NCBI GenBank assembly: GCA_964016885.1
Contig: OZ024741.1
Coordinates: forward strand, 207,638,001-207,702,000
Direction of reading: 5' to 3'
Length of the DNA stretch: 64,000 nucleotides
Origin: Eledone cirrhosa
Lineage: Eukaryota
Both the position numbers and the translations under genes were made by a program. This document shows, piece by piece, positions 41,493-55,200 of this stretch. Within the stretch, counting starts at the first letter, position 1. Each line of letters starts with the position of its first letter. Below the pieces are notes generated by a model. It was given only the letters and a program-made list of their open reading frames with translations. It had not been told where the DNA came from and ran no database searches.

Positions 41493-41495
<3 letters not shown>
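41023..41495 (-). mobile_element. Dispersed diverged relative of the satellite monomer (about 1.1 units plus an inverted piece, 41368-41495)
   Basis: Shares aaattag.attgg.gctctgaaata, taatcagga.ctgatta..cagagcg and ttttgaagacc with the 48.3-kb array. Confidence 0.85.
41167..41247 (-). ncRNA. Type I hammerhead with canonical C3-G8 core in the satellite relative
   Basis: ttttcggcagagacGTTGct-CTGAGGA-ACAC-caaca-GTGT-GAAACAG-aat-CTGTC-atcttctct...tgccgaaaa. The proximal stem I is imperfect. Confidence 0.75.
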
Positions 41496-41558
<63 letters not shown>

Positions 41559-41569
41559 TATCAATAATA

Positions 41570-41753
41570 ATTGTTTCTACTTTAGGCACAAGGCCAGCAA
41601 TTACCCAGTGCATTACTGGTACTTTATTTTATCGACCCCGTAGGGATGAGAGGCAAAGTCAACCTCAGCGGGATTTGAACTCAGATCGTAAAGGGATGTA
41701 ACTATGCTGGAAAGCATGGCGTCAAACCCTCTACCGATACTGCCAATCCACCG
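41570..41753 (-). mobile_element. MetaSINE-like SINE copy
   Basis: Reverse complement of the SINE seen at 5556. Confidence 0.85.
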
Positions 41754-42595
41754 TCAATAATAATGAGTTCAAAACTCAGGCAGTCTTTTACAATGAAATA
41801 GCTCAAAGAAAGAAGTATTTCTGAGCCGTGTAATATAAGTTAATATAAATTAATATATTTGATAAACACAAATACCAACATATTCATGTTTGTATTGTAA
41901 ATGACCAAGCTAGCTAGATTGAAATATACTAATAATAATAATACATTTTGCCTGTCTCGATTTAAGATAATAAATCAATAAAAACAAATCATATTGGCAA
42001 TGGCCGTAGTGCTTGGACAAATTTAAATTTCAAAATCAAACGTGTTCCGTAGACAGGTTTAAACGTTAAAATCCAAATATGTTTCGAATAATGAAAAAGT
42101 GAAAGAATACCGCATATTTATCTCCTCAGCAAGCACTATAAAAATTGGTATGTTTCACTTCAAAATATTTAGAAAGACTGATTAACGCACATGGTATTTC
42201 ATGCGGTTATCCAGTGTCTAGCTGTCACATACTCGTGCTGCTAGGAATAACAGCCGTTTGTATGGGGCTAAATTCAGCTCAACAAAGGAGCAGTGATACT
42301 ATCAATAATAATGAGTTCAAAACTCAGGCAGTCTTTTACAATGAAATAGCTCAAAGAAAGAAGTATTTCTGAGCCGTGTAATATAAGTTAATATAAATTA
42401 ATATATTTGATAAACACAAATACCAACATATTCATGTTTGTATTGTAAATGACCAAGGTATGATTTGTTTTTATTGATTTATTATCTTATTATTATTAGT
42501 ATATTTCAATCTAGCTAATTTGATCATTTACAATACAAACATGAATATGTTGGTATTTGTGTTTATCAAATATATTAATTTATATTAACTTATAT
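41753..42595. repeat. Partial tandem (period about 549 bp) plus inverted tail, pseudo-LTR-like; decayed HHR candidate at 42070-42135 (-)
   Basis: 41753-41908 is repeated at 42302-42457; 42458-42595 is inverted; minus strand has CTGAGGA...GAAACATATT. Confidence 0.65.
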
Positions 42596-43499
42596 ATATA
42601 TATATATATATGGAAATTTTCTTTATGTTGTATGGTTTAACTAATAGGTAGTTGGATTTGTAATCCAGTCATTCCGATTAGCAGCTCATGGTGTGTTATG
42701 CAAAAAAGCACTCCACGTCATGTAAACTCTTTGACGGTTATAATAATAGTTAAGCAGGTTAAATTGTATTTTAGATCGCCCTCAAATCACACTTTACCTT
42801 CATAATACAGGAGGACACACTGTATAATGTAATCATGAGTTCTCCGTCCATAGGAAAATATTGGATGATCATGTCTGGTATATCTTTCGTCATAAGTCTG
42901 GCGTGCTAGAAATAACAATTAAATCTCCCACAAATCACACGTTGCTATCGTGAGAAAGGAGTAAAAATAAGAAAAAGGTTGGTCATGACAAGAATGTCTC
43001 TGATTATAGATCTGCTGAATGAGATTTGAGCTGAGGCTAAACATCAACAATAACAGCGGCAACAACAACAACGTTCAATATTCAACTACTAAAATATGCT
43101 CCATTTTAAAAAGAAATACCAAAAATATGATTAAAAAAAGAAGAAAAATTTAAGATTTAGATTTAAAGCTTTATATTCCCTTATAATAGATTCCATTATA
43201 GGGTGTTTAAATTTGCTTGATTGTCCCACGGCCATAATAATGAAGCAATGTTGTATATCTAAAGGAAGAAGGTGACATTGTAAACAAGGAACTTGGCCAT
43301 TTCATTGTTTGCCTTCTTTTATTGAGCAAAAGAAAATGTCATTGTCGTCTTCTCAGAGAAAAATTGGACGTCTGCTCGTTGAAAAATTCATTCGTCGTTC
43401 GTTTATTAAGGAAAACCAGGAATCTTTTGTAGATTCTTCGTTAGTTTAGATGAAATTGCCTCCGGACGCACTCTGCTGGTGGGTTGAGGTAGGGAATGG

Positions 43500-44350
<851 letters not shown>

Positions 44351-44589
44351 TTGCTCTCTATTTCACTCCCCGTACCATATTCTCCATCTTCACTAATTAC
44401 CAATTTATATTTGTCAATTTACCTCTCGCTCAGCTTCACCGCTGACCTCACTAATTTGGTACCGGAAAACAATGGGTTTAATGTAAGGTGCTCTGATACA
44501 CCACCCGCGCACACACACACACACATACACACACACACACACGTGCGCATATATATATATATATGAGCCCGTGTGTGTGTGAGTGTATA

Positions 44590-45542
44590 TGCCTTCTCGT
44601 CAATATTCGCAAGTTCTTATGTTCCTCGCTTACTTTCGCATAGTTGGGATGTGTCTCTCGTCTTCTCGTCAATATTCGCAATTTCTTATGTTCAAATGAG
44701 TCATTGACTTGATTTTCTAATTTTTTCCTCTCTTTACGTTCCCTCACCATTCATGTTTGTTTACTCTTTCTCCACCCAATTCTTTTTATCCCAATAACTT
44801 ATTTTAGTTATTATTCGCGCCAGCCTGAGGTACCTGGTCTTTAATGCGAAGAAATACCTATGATGGCTAGTAGATCACTGATGATGGATAGTCCTATTTC
44901 TAATTCTTCATTTTAATTTGTATATCACATTTGCAACAACACAGCACGCCATTTTTCATTCCTATATGCTTTCCCCAGCTGTGAACTGTCCTTTTCTCTT
45001 CCCTTACTGCTATCGTCATTCTCTCTCCCCCTTCTCTCTCCTTCACCCTCTTACTTTCATTTACCCCCCTCTGCTAGTCACCCTCTCTCGGCTAGCCTCT
45101 TCCTCACACTTTCACTCACTCACTCTCTGCTACTCACCCTCTCTCTCACTTCCTCAATCGTCCCACGCCGTGCGTAATTCTTTTCTCGCTTAATTTCGCA
45201 TGGTTGGGATGTGTCGCTCGTATTCTCGTCAATATTCGCAAGTTCTTATGTTCAAATGAATCATTGACTTGATTTTCTCATTTTTTCCTCTCTTTACGTT
45301 GCCTCACCATTTATGTTTATTTACCTGTCACTCTTTCTCCACCCAATTTTTTTATCCCAATAACTTATTTTAGTTATTGTTCGCGCTAGCCTGAGGTATC
45401 TGGTCTTTAATGCGAAGAATACCTATGATGGCTAGTAGATCACTGATGATGGATAGTCCTGTTTCTAATTCTTCATTTTAATTTGTATATCACATTTGCA
45501 ACACAGCACGCCATTTTTCATTCATATATATATATATATTTC

Positions 45543-45635
<93 letters not shown>

Positions 45636-45690
45636 TATATAAATGAAAAATGGCGTGCTGTTTTGTTGCAAATGTGATATACAAATTATA
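44590..45690. repeat. Partial tandem duplication (~44625-44960 / ~45185-45522) with short inverted copy at 45640-45690
   Basis: Direct sequence identity. Confidence 0.8.
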
Positions 45691-45704
45691 TATATATATA
45701 TATG

Positions 45705-45764
<60 letters not shown>

Positions 45765-45779
45765 AAGTTAAATAAAAAG

Positions 45780-47380
45780 TCAAATGTTTAAAATTTAGCT
45801 TCGTTTATTACTGCTATATATATTTCAGTGACAGCCATCTTTGGCTGTGACCTCTTCAGGCAGTCCGAATTAGTGTGGTATAGACAAGTACATATGTTGT
45901 TGAGGTGTATAATTTTGTCAATACTCTGATATGTCCAGTTGCTGGTTAGGTTGTTATTTCTCTGAGGAACTGGAATCATATGAATTCAAACAAACGAATT
46001 TCAGTGTCAAAGGGCCTCTTCTCCTCTCATTGGTCAGTTGTTAGAACATTCCTCATTCTAAGTGTTGTTATTGTTGGAGTTAGCTTAAAAAATTGATAAA
46101 GTGGTAGAGGGAACAAGGTGGTAAAGGAACAAAATAACAAAAAAAGTGTCAAACTTCCCATTGGTCAGTTTTGAGAGCATTCCTCAGTCAGAAGTCTATA
46201 GAATTCTTTCTGGGGTGAGGCTCCCTGTAGTGTTTGTGTTTGCTATTGTTAAGTACATTTGACCTCTACCATTATTTTGGTAGTGTTGTTGGCGTTGTGG
46301 TCAGCTTATGTCTTGCTGCTGCTGACAATTTAGAAGTATCTGTGTGTGTTTTTTCTTCATCCCTCCTGCCACCATCTCTCATAGTGGTGGTGGTGGTGGT
46401 GCTGGGGGGGGGGGTTCTTCCATGTATATGAAGAAATATAAGGCAATAAATGAAGAAAACAGAAAATAAATAATAAATAGAGAATAAGGAATAAAGAATA
46501 AAGAATAAATGAAAAATTGGTGAAAAAGTAATGAAAATGAATATAGAGAAGTGAAAAATAAAATGAAGATTCAAATAAAGTAGAATAAAATGTGTGTGTG
46601 CTATAACCAATCCCAAGGTCAGAAATATGTTGGATTTGATTGGTATGAGGTACAAGATGTTAAAATAAGATAATCAAACAAAATGAATATAAGGTGATAC
46701 AGTGAAGAGGGCAGAAACAAATAACAAATTAATAAAGAGAAATCAAGATTTAAAATTGGAACTTGAAAATCAGAAATCAAGTAAATTAAAATGTGTTTGT
46801 GTTATATAGATGTTGGCCAAATTATAATGGCTGTGTCCGATTCAATCTCTAGGCTATCATGGTGTCTGCTCAACCTGGGTTGTTCCCTATGGCTTGAGGG
46901 GAGTTCACAACCTAGGGTGTTGTTACTGCCCATATAGCTTGAGGGAGGTCTGGTCGAGAGGTGTTTACATGTTCTGTAGAAGTCCCTATAGCTTGAGAGG
47001 AGTTCACATCTTCTTGTGTTGCTACTGTCCATATATCTTGAGGAAGGTCCCGGCTCTAAGGTGTCTGCATGTCCCGAAGAAGTCGGTTCTGAGGTTTATC
47101 AGGCCGCTTCCACCTCTTAGTATCTCGAGGGTCTGGTTCTGGCATAGTTTGCATATGCAAGATCCCCCTTTATCGGGTGGTACTTTCCTGATTATGTACC
47201 AGGCCAGAGAGTACGGGGTCCTGTCCAGCTTAAGCTTCCAGATCAGGTCGGAGAGAGAGCCGTGCTTTTCCTTTAGGCCTCCTTATTGAATGAATGGCGA
47301 TGGTTGTACCAGCGGTCTTTAAAGCTCGTGGATGTGGCTCCTATGTAGAGGTGTTCGGAGTTGGGGGTTTTAAAAACCTT
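45780..47380 (-). mobile_element. PLE 3' fragment (GIY-YIG end plus long 3' UTR/pseudo-LTR)
   Basis: Minus strand translates to LYIGATSTSFKDRWYNHRHSF...SLSDLIWKLK...CKLCQ. Confidence 0.75.
45810..45864 (-). ncRNA. Minimal type I hammerhead, canonical core
   Basis: actgc-CTGAAGA-ggtcACAGCCA-aaga-TGGCTGTcact-GAAATATATATA-gcagt. Confidence 0.8.
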
Positions 47381-47975
47381 AAATTAAACAAAGTTCAACA
47401 CTCACGGTGAATTTCACTAAAATGGGATATCGTAGCTAGGGCCGAACCGTTCAATGGACGAAGGAAATCTCGTGATCTCTGTGTTACGGAAGCATATTAC
47501 ATAACTCTATCAAGACCTCTACCAATTAACGATAGAACGGAGGTAACCATTAGCTGTCAACATCGAAGGGCTAATTCCTTCGCCAATAGAGTTTTTGACC
47601 CAACTTAGTCATGTAGCCCCATCTCTAATTGTAGCTAATAAGTTAAATTGCTATGAACAACTCGATAAGTATAAGTTACCTCCCCTACATTGTCTCTCAA
47701 TTAAATAATTTAAATACTAGCACATAACTATAAAATACACACAATCTCTAATCTCTCGAGAAGTTACTTCTCCTGAAACCACCCTCTAATTAGTAAGGTA
47801 AATATGCCCATTGGCAGCCATCTTGTTACCCATAGGCAGATCTCACACAATGCAGCCTCGGCAGTTGAGTACTGCTTGATTATGGCTGACAGCTGATGAA
47901 ACAAAGGCACCATAGTACAAACTAATATATGGAACATTATATTATGTAACATTAGTTTAATTTATATTCCTTTGA

Positions 47976-48096
47976 GTTCCGATGAGCCACTCTGTTTTTT
48001 TAAATATGTTAATTATTTTCAACTGAACCAGATCAATTTTGATACATAGTCATCTGATCCAGAAATATTATACGGAGTAGCGAAACAATTGTAAAC
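47976..48096 (+). ncRNA. Hammerhead motif with U4C core and about 78-nt loop II insertion
   Basis: gtt-CCGATGA-GCCACTCTG...CGGAGTAGC-GAAACAATTGTA-aac. Confidence 0.6.
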
Positions 48097-48223
48097 GGGC
48101 ATTATTATTATTAATATTATTATTATTGTTATTCTTTACATTCCTTACATCAAAATAAATATGTTGACAATCTTTTAATAATGTCTTCCTTGTGAAATTT
48201 GTGGTCTTGTTTTGCTTAACTAA

Positions 48224-48985
<762 letters not shown>

Positions 48986-49110
48986 CATCCATATATATAT
49001 TGCTATTTCAGAGCTCCAATTCTAATTTTTAATTTCTGCCTGACCAACAACCGCTCTGCATAATCAGCTCCTGGTTATTTTCTAGATTTCTATAAGAATA
49101 TAACACCATT

Positions 49111-49203
49111 GATCTCAGTAGACAGGCGGGGTAGTTGGCCTTGATAAGCTTCAACAAAAGCGAAACATGTCATGTCGGCTTATCTCCCCTGTTTGCTGAG
49201 ATC
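49111..49203 (+). ncRNA. Type I hammerhead ribozyme, U3-A8 core (first plus-strand copy; repeated per monomer); predicted cleavage after C49176
   Basis: Stem I ggcc/ggct, extended by tagacagg/cctgtttg and gatctcag/ctgagatc. Core 49141-49147. Stem II GCTT/AAGC. GAAA at 49162-49165. Stem III ACAT/ATGT. GUC triplet. Confidence 0.88.
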
Positions 49204-52200
49204 AAAGTGAGTGAATGTGTCACTACTTTAAAACAATAGCTTACGGTCTTCAAAATGCTTTTAATTAAGCATAAGTGTATTGCAAAATACATCCATATAT
49301 ATATTGCTATTTCAGAGCTCCAATTCTAATTTTTAATTTCTGCCTGACCAACAACCGCTCTGCATAATCAGCTCCTGATTATTTACTAGATTTCTATAAG
49401 AATATAACATCATTGATCTCAGTAGACAGGCGGGGTAGTTGGCCTTGATAAGCTTCAACAAAAGCGAAACATGTCATGTCGGCTTATCTCCCCTGTTTGC
49501 TGAGATCAAAGTGAGTGAATTTGTCACTACTTTAAAACAATAGCTTACGGTCTTCAAAATGCTTTTAATTAAGCATAAAGTGTATTGCAAAATACATTAT
49601 ATATACATCCATATATGTATTGCTATTTCAGAGCTCCAATTCTAATTTTTAATTTCTGCCTGACCAACAACCGCTCTGCATAATCAGCTCCTGATTATTT
49701 ACTAGATTTCTATAAGAATATAACACCATTGATCTCAGTAGACAGGCGGGGTAGTTGGCCTTGATAAGCTTCAACAAAAGCGAAACATGTGATGTCGGCT
49801 TATCTCCCCTGTTTGCTGAGATCAAAGTAAGTGAATATGTCACTACTTTAAAACAATAGCTTACGGTCTTCAAAATGCTTTTAATTAAGCATAAGTGTAT
49901 TGCAAAATACATCCATATATATATTGCTATTTCAGAGCTCCAATTCTAATTTTTAAATTCTGCCTGACCAACAACCGCTCTGCATAATCAGCTCCTGATT
50001 ATTTACTAGATTTCTATAAGAATATAACATCATTGATCTCAGTAGACAGGCGGGGTAGTTGGCCTTGATAAGCTTCAACAAAAGCGAAACATGTCTTGTC
50101 GGCTTATCTCCCCTGTTTGCTGAGATCAAAGTGAGCGAATTTGTCACTACTTTAAAACAATAGCTTACGGTCTTCAAAATGCTTTTAATTAAGCATAAAG
50201 GGTATTGCAAAATACATTATATATACATCCATATATGTATTGCTATTTCAGAGCTCCAATTCTAATTTTTAATTTCTGCCTGACCAACAACCGCTCTGCA
50301 TAATCAGCTCCTGATTATTTCCTAGATTTCTATAAGAATATAACATCATTGATCTCAGTAGACAGGCGGGGTAGTTGGCCTTGATAAGCTTCAACAAAAG
50401 CGAAACATGTCATGTCGGCTTATCTCCCTTGTTTGCTGAGATCAAAGTGAGTGAATGTGTCACTACTTTAAAACAATAGCTTACGGTCTTCAAAATGCTT
50501 TTAATTAAGCATAAGTGTATTGCAAAATACATCCATATATATATTGCTATTTCAGAGCTCCAATTCTAATTTTTAATTTCTGCCTGACCAACAACCGCTC
50601 TGCATAATCAGCTCCTGATTATTTACTAGATTTCTATAAGAATATAACATCATTGATCTCAGTAGATAGACGGGGTAGTTGGCCTTGATAAGCTTCAACA
50701 AAGCGAAACATGTCATGTCGGCTTATCTCCCCTGTTTGCTGAGATCAAAGTGAGTGAATTTGTCACTACTTTAAAACAATAGCTTACGGTCTTCAAAATG
50801 CTTTTAATTAAGCATAAAGTGTATTGCAAAATACATTATATATACATCCATATATGTATTGCTATTTCAGAGCTCCAATTCTAATTTTTAATTTCTGCCT
50901 GACCAACAACCGCTCTGCATAATCAGCTCCTGGTTATTTTCTAGATTTCTATAAGAATATAACACCATTGATCTCAGTAGACAGGCGGGGTAGTTAGCCT
51001 TGATAAGCTTCAACAAAAGCGAAACATGTCATGTCGGCTTATCTCCCCTGTTTGCTGAGATCAAAGTGAGTGAATGTGTCACTACTTTAAAACAATAGCT
51101 TACGGTCTTCAAAATGCTTTTAATTAAGCATAAGTGTATTGCAAAATACATCCATATATATATTGCTATTTCAGAGCTCCAATTCTAATTTTTAATTTCT
51201 GCCTGACCAACAACCGCTCTGCATAATCAGCTTCTGATTATTTACTAGATTTCTATAAGAATATAACATCATTGATCTCAGTAGACAGGCGGGGTAGTTG
51301 GCCTTGATAAGCTTCAACAAAAGCGAAACATGTCATGTCGGCTTATCTCCCCTGTTTGCTGAGATCAAAGTGAGTGAATTTGTCACTACTTTAAAACAAT
51401 AGCTTACGGTCTTCAAAATGCTTTTAATTAAGCATAAAGTGTATTGCAAAATACATTATATATACATCCATATATGTATTGCTATTTCAGAGCTCCAATT
51501 CTAATTTTTAATTTCTGCCTGACCAACAACCGCTCTGCATAATCAGCTCCTGATTATTTACTAGATTTCTATAAGAATATAACATCATTGATCTCAGTAG
51601 ACAGGCGGGGTAGTTGGCCTTGATAAGCTTGAACAAAAGCGAAACATGTCATGTCGGCTTATCTCCCCTGTTTGCTGAGATCAAAATGAGTGAATGTTTC
51701 ACTACTTTAAAACAATAGCTTACGGTCTTCAAAATGCTTTTAATTCAGCATAAAGTGTATTGCAAAATACATTATATATACATCCATATATATATTGCTA
51801 TTTCAGAGCTCCAATTCTAATTTTTAATTTCTGCCTGACCAACAACCGCTCTGCATAATCAGCTCCTGATTATTTACTAGATTTCTATAAGAATATAACA
51901 CCATTGATCTCAGTAGACAGGCGGGGTAGTTGGCCTTGATAAGCTTCAACAAAAGCGAAACATGTCATGTCGGCTTATCTCCCCTGTTTGCTGAGATCAA
52001 AGTGAGTGAATGTGTCACTACTTTAAAACAATAGATTACGGTCTTCAAAATGCTTTTAATTAAGCATAAGTGTATTGCAAAATACATCCATATATATATT
52101 GCTATTTCAGAGCTCCAATTCTAATTTTTAATTTCTGCCTGACCAACAACCGCTCTGCATAATCAGCTCCTGATTATTTACTAGATTTCTATAAGAATAT

Positions 52201-55200
52201 AACATCATTGATCTCAGTAGACAGGCGGGGTAGTTGGCCTTGATAAGCTTGAACAAAAGCGAAACATGTCATGTCGGCTTATCTCCCCTGTTTGCTGAGA
52301 TCAAAGTGAGTGAATTTGTCACTACTTTAAAACAATAGCTTACGGTCTTCAAAATGCTTTTAATTAAGCATAAAGTGTATTGCAAAATACATTATATATA
52401 CATCCATATATGTATTGCTATTTCAGAGCTCCAATTCTAATTTTTAATTTCTGCCTGACCAACAACCGCTCTGCATAATCAGCTCCTGATTATTTACTAG
52501 ATTTCTATAAGAATATAACACCATTGATCTCAGTAGACAGGCGGAGTAGTTGGCCTTGATAAGCTTCAACAAAAGCGAAACATGTCATGTCGGCTTATCT
52601 CCCCTGTTTGCTGAGATCAAAGTAAGTGAATATGTCACTACTTTAAAACAATAGCTTACGGTCTTCAAAATGCTTTTAATTAAGCATAAGTGTATTGCAA
52701 AATACATCCATATATATATTGCTATTTCAGAGCTCCAATTCTAATTTTTAATTTCTGCCTGACCAACAACCGCTCTGCATAATCAGCTCCTGATTATTTA
52801 CTAGATTTCTATAAGAATATAACATCATTGATCTCAGTAGACAGGCGGGGTAGTTGGCCTTGATAAGCTTCAACAAAAGCGAAACATGTCTTGTCGGCTT
52901 ATCTCCCCTGTTTGCTGAGATCAAAGTGAGCGAATTTGTCACTACTTTAAAACAATAGCTTACGGTCTTCAAAATGCTTTTAATTAAGCATAAAGTGTAT
53001 TGCAAAATACATTATATATACATCCATATATGTATTGCTATTTCAGAGCTCCAATTCTAATTTTTAATTTCTGCCTGACCAACAACCGCTCTGCATAATC
53101 AGCTCCTGATTATTTCCTAGATTTCTATAAGAATATAACATCATTGATCTCAGTAGACAGGCGGGGTAGTTGGCCTTGATAAGCTTCAACAAAAGCGAAA
53201 CATGTCATGTCGGCTTATCTCCCTTGTTTGCTGAGATCAAAGTGAGTGAATGTGTCACTACTTTAAAACAATAGCTTACGGTCTTCAAAATGCTTTTAAT
53301 TAAGCATAAGTGTATTGCAAAATACATCCATATATATATTGCTATTTCAGAGCTCCAATTCTAATTTTTAATTTCTGCCTGACCAACAACCGCTCTGCAT
53401 AATCAGCTCCTGATTATTTACTAGATTTCTATAAGAATATAACATCATTGATCTCAGTAGATAGGCGGGGTAGTTGGCCTTGATAAGCTTCAACAAAAGC
53501 GAAACATGTCATGTCGGCTTATCTCCCCTGTTTGCTGAGATCAAAGTGAGTGAATTTGTCACTACTTTAAAACAATAGCTTACGGTCTTCAAAATGCTTT
53601 TAATTAAGCATAAAGTGTATTGCAAAATACATTATATATACATCCATATATGTATTGCTATTTCAGAGCTCCAATTCTAATTTTTAATTTCTGCCTGACC
53701 AACAACCGCTCTGCATAATCAGCTCCTGATTATTTACTAGATTTCTATAAGAATATAACATCATTGATCTCAGTAGACAGGCGGGGTAGGTGGCCTTGAT
53801 AAGCTTCAACAAAAGCGAAACATGTCATGTCGGCTTATCTCCCCTGTTTGCTGAGATCAAAGTGAGTGAATTTGTCACTAATTTAAAACAATAGCTTACG
53901 GTCTTCAAAATGCTTTTAATTAAGCATAAGTGTATTGCAAAATACATCCATATATATATTGCTATTTCAGAGCTCCAATTCTAATTTTTAATTTCTGCCT
54001 GACCAACAACCGCTCTGCATAATCAGCTCCTGATTATTTACTAGATTTCTATAAGAATATAACATCATTGATCTCAGTAGACAGGCGGGGTAGTTGGCCT
54101 TGATAAGCTTCAACAAAAGCGAAACATGTCATGTCGGCTTATCTCCCCTGTTTGCTGAGATCAAAGTGAGTGAATTTGTCACTACTTTAAAACAATAGCT
54201 TACGGTCTTCAAAATGCTTTTAATTAAGCATAAAGTGTATTGCAAAATACATTATATATACATCCATATATGTATTGCTATTTCAGAGCTCCAATTCTAA
54301 TTTTTAATTTCTGCCTGACCAACAACCGCTCTGCATAATCAGCTCCTGATTATTTACTAGATTTCTATAAGAATATAACATCATTGATCTCAGTAGACAG
54401 GCGGGGTAGTTGGCCTTGATAAGCTTGAACAAAAGCGAAACATGTCATGTCGGCTTATCTCCCCTGTTTGCTGAGATCAAAATGAGTGAATGTTTCACTA
54501 CTTTAAAACAATAGCTTACGGTCTTCAAAATGCTTTTAATTCAGCATAAAGTGTATTGCAAAATACATTATATATACATCCATATATATATTGCTATTTC
54601 AGAGCTCCAATTCTAATTTTTAATTTCTGCCTGACCAACAACCGCTCTGCATAATCAGCTCCTGATTATTTACTAGATTTCTATAAGAATATAACACCAT
54701 TGATCTCAGTAGACAGGCGGGGTAGTTGGCCTTGATAAGCTTCAACAAAAGCGAAACATGTGATGTCGGCTTATCTCCCCTGTTTGCTGAGATCAAAGTG
54801 AGTGAATGTGTCACTACTTTAAAACAATAGCTTACGGTCTTCAAAATGCTTTTAATTAAGCATAAGTGTATTGCAAAATACATCCATATATATATTGCTA
54901 TTTCAGAGCTCCAATTCTAATTTTTAATTTCTGCCTGACCAACAACCGCTCTGCATAATCAGCTCCTGATTATTTACTAGATTTCTATAAGAATATAACA
55001 TCATTGATCTCAGTAGACAGGCGGGGTAGTTGGCCTTGATAAGCTTCAACAAAAGCGAAACATGTCTTGTCGGCTTATCTCCCCTGTTTGCTGAGATCAA
55101 AGTGAGCGAATTCGTCACTACTTTAAAACAATAGCTTACGGTCTTCAAAATGCTTTTAATTAAGCATAAAGTGTATTGCAAAATACATTATATATACATC

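Noticed and set aside
43190-43490. Possible host-gene exon in unique-looking sequence
   Set aside because: Only very short ORFs and no recognisable homology or splice pattern; cannot be supported without RNA data.
44815-45465. CTGATGA/CTGAGGT motifs in the duplicated unit as hammerhead or twister
   Set aside because: No correctly placed GAAA with stem III, and no twister consensus could be built.
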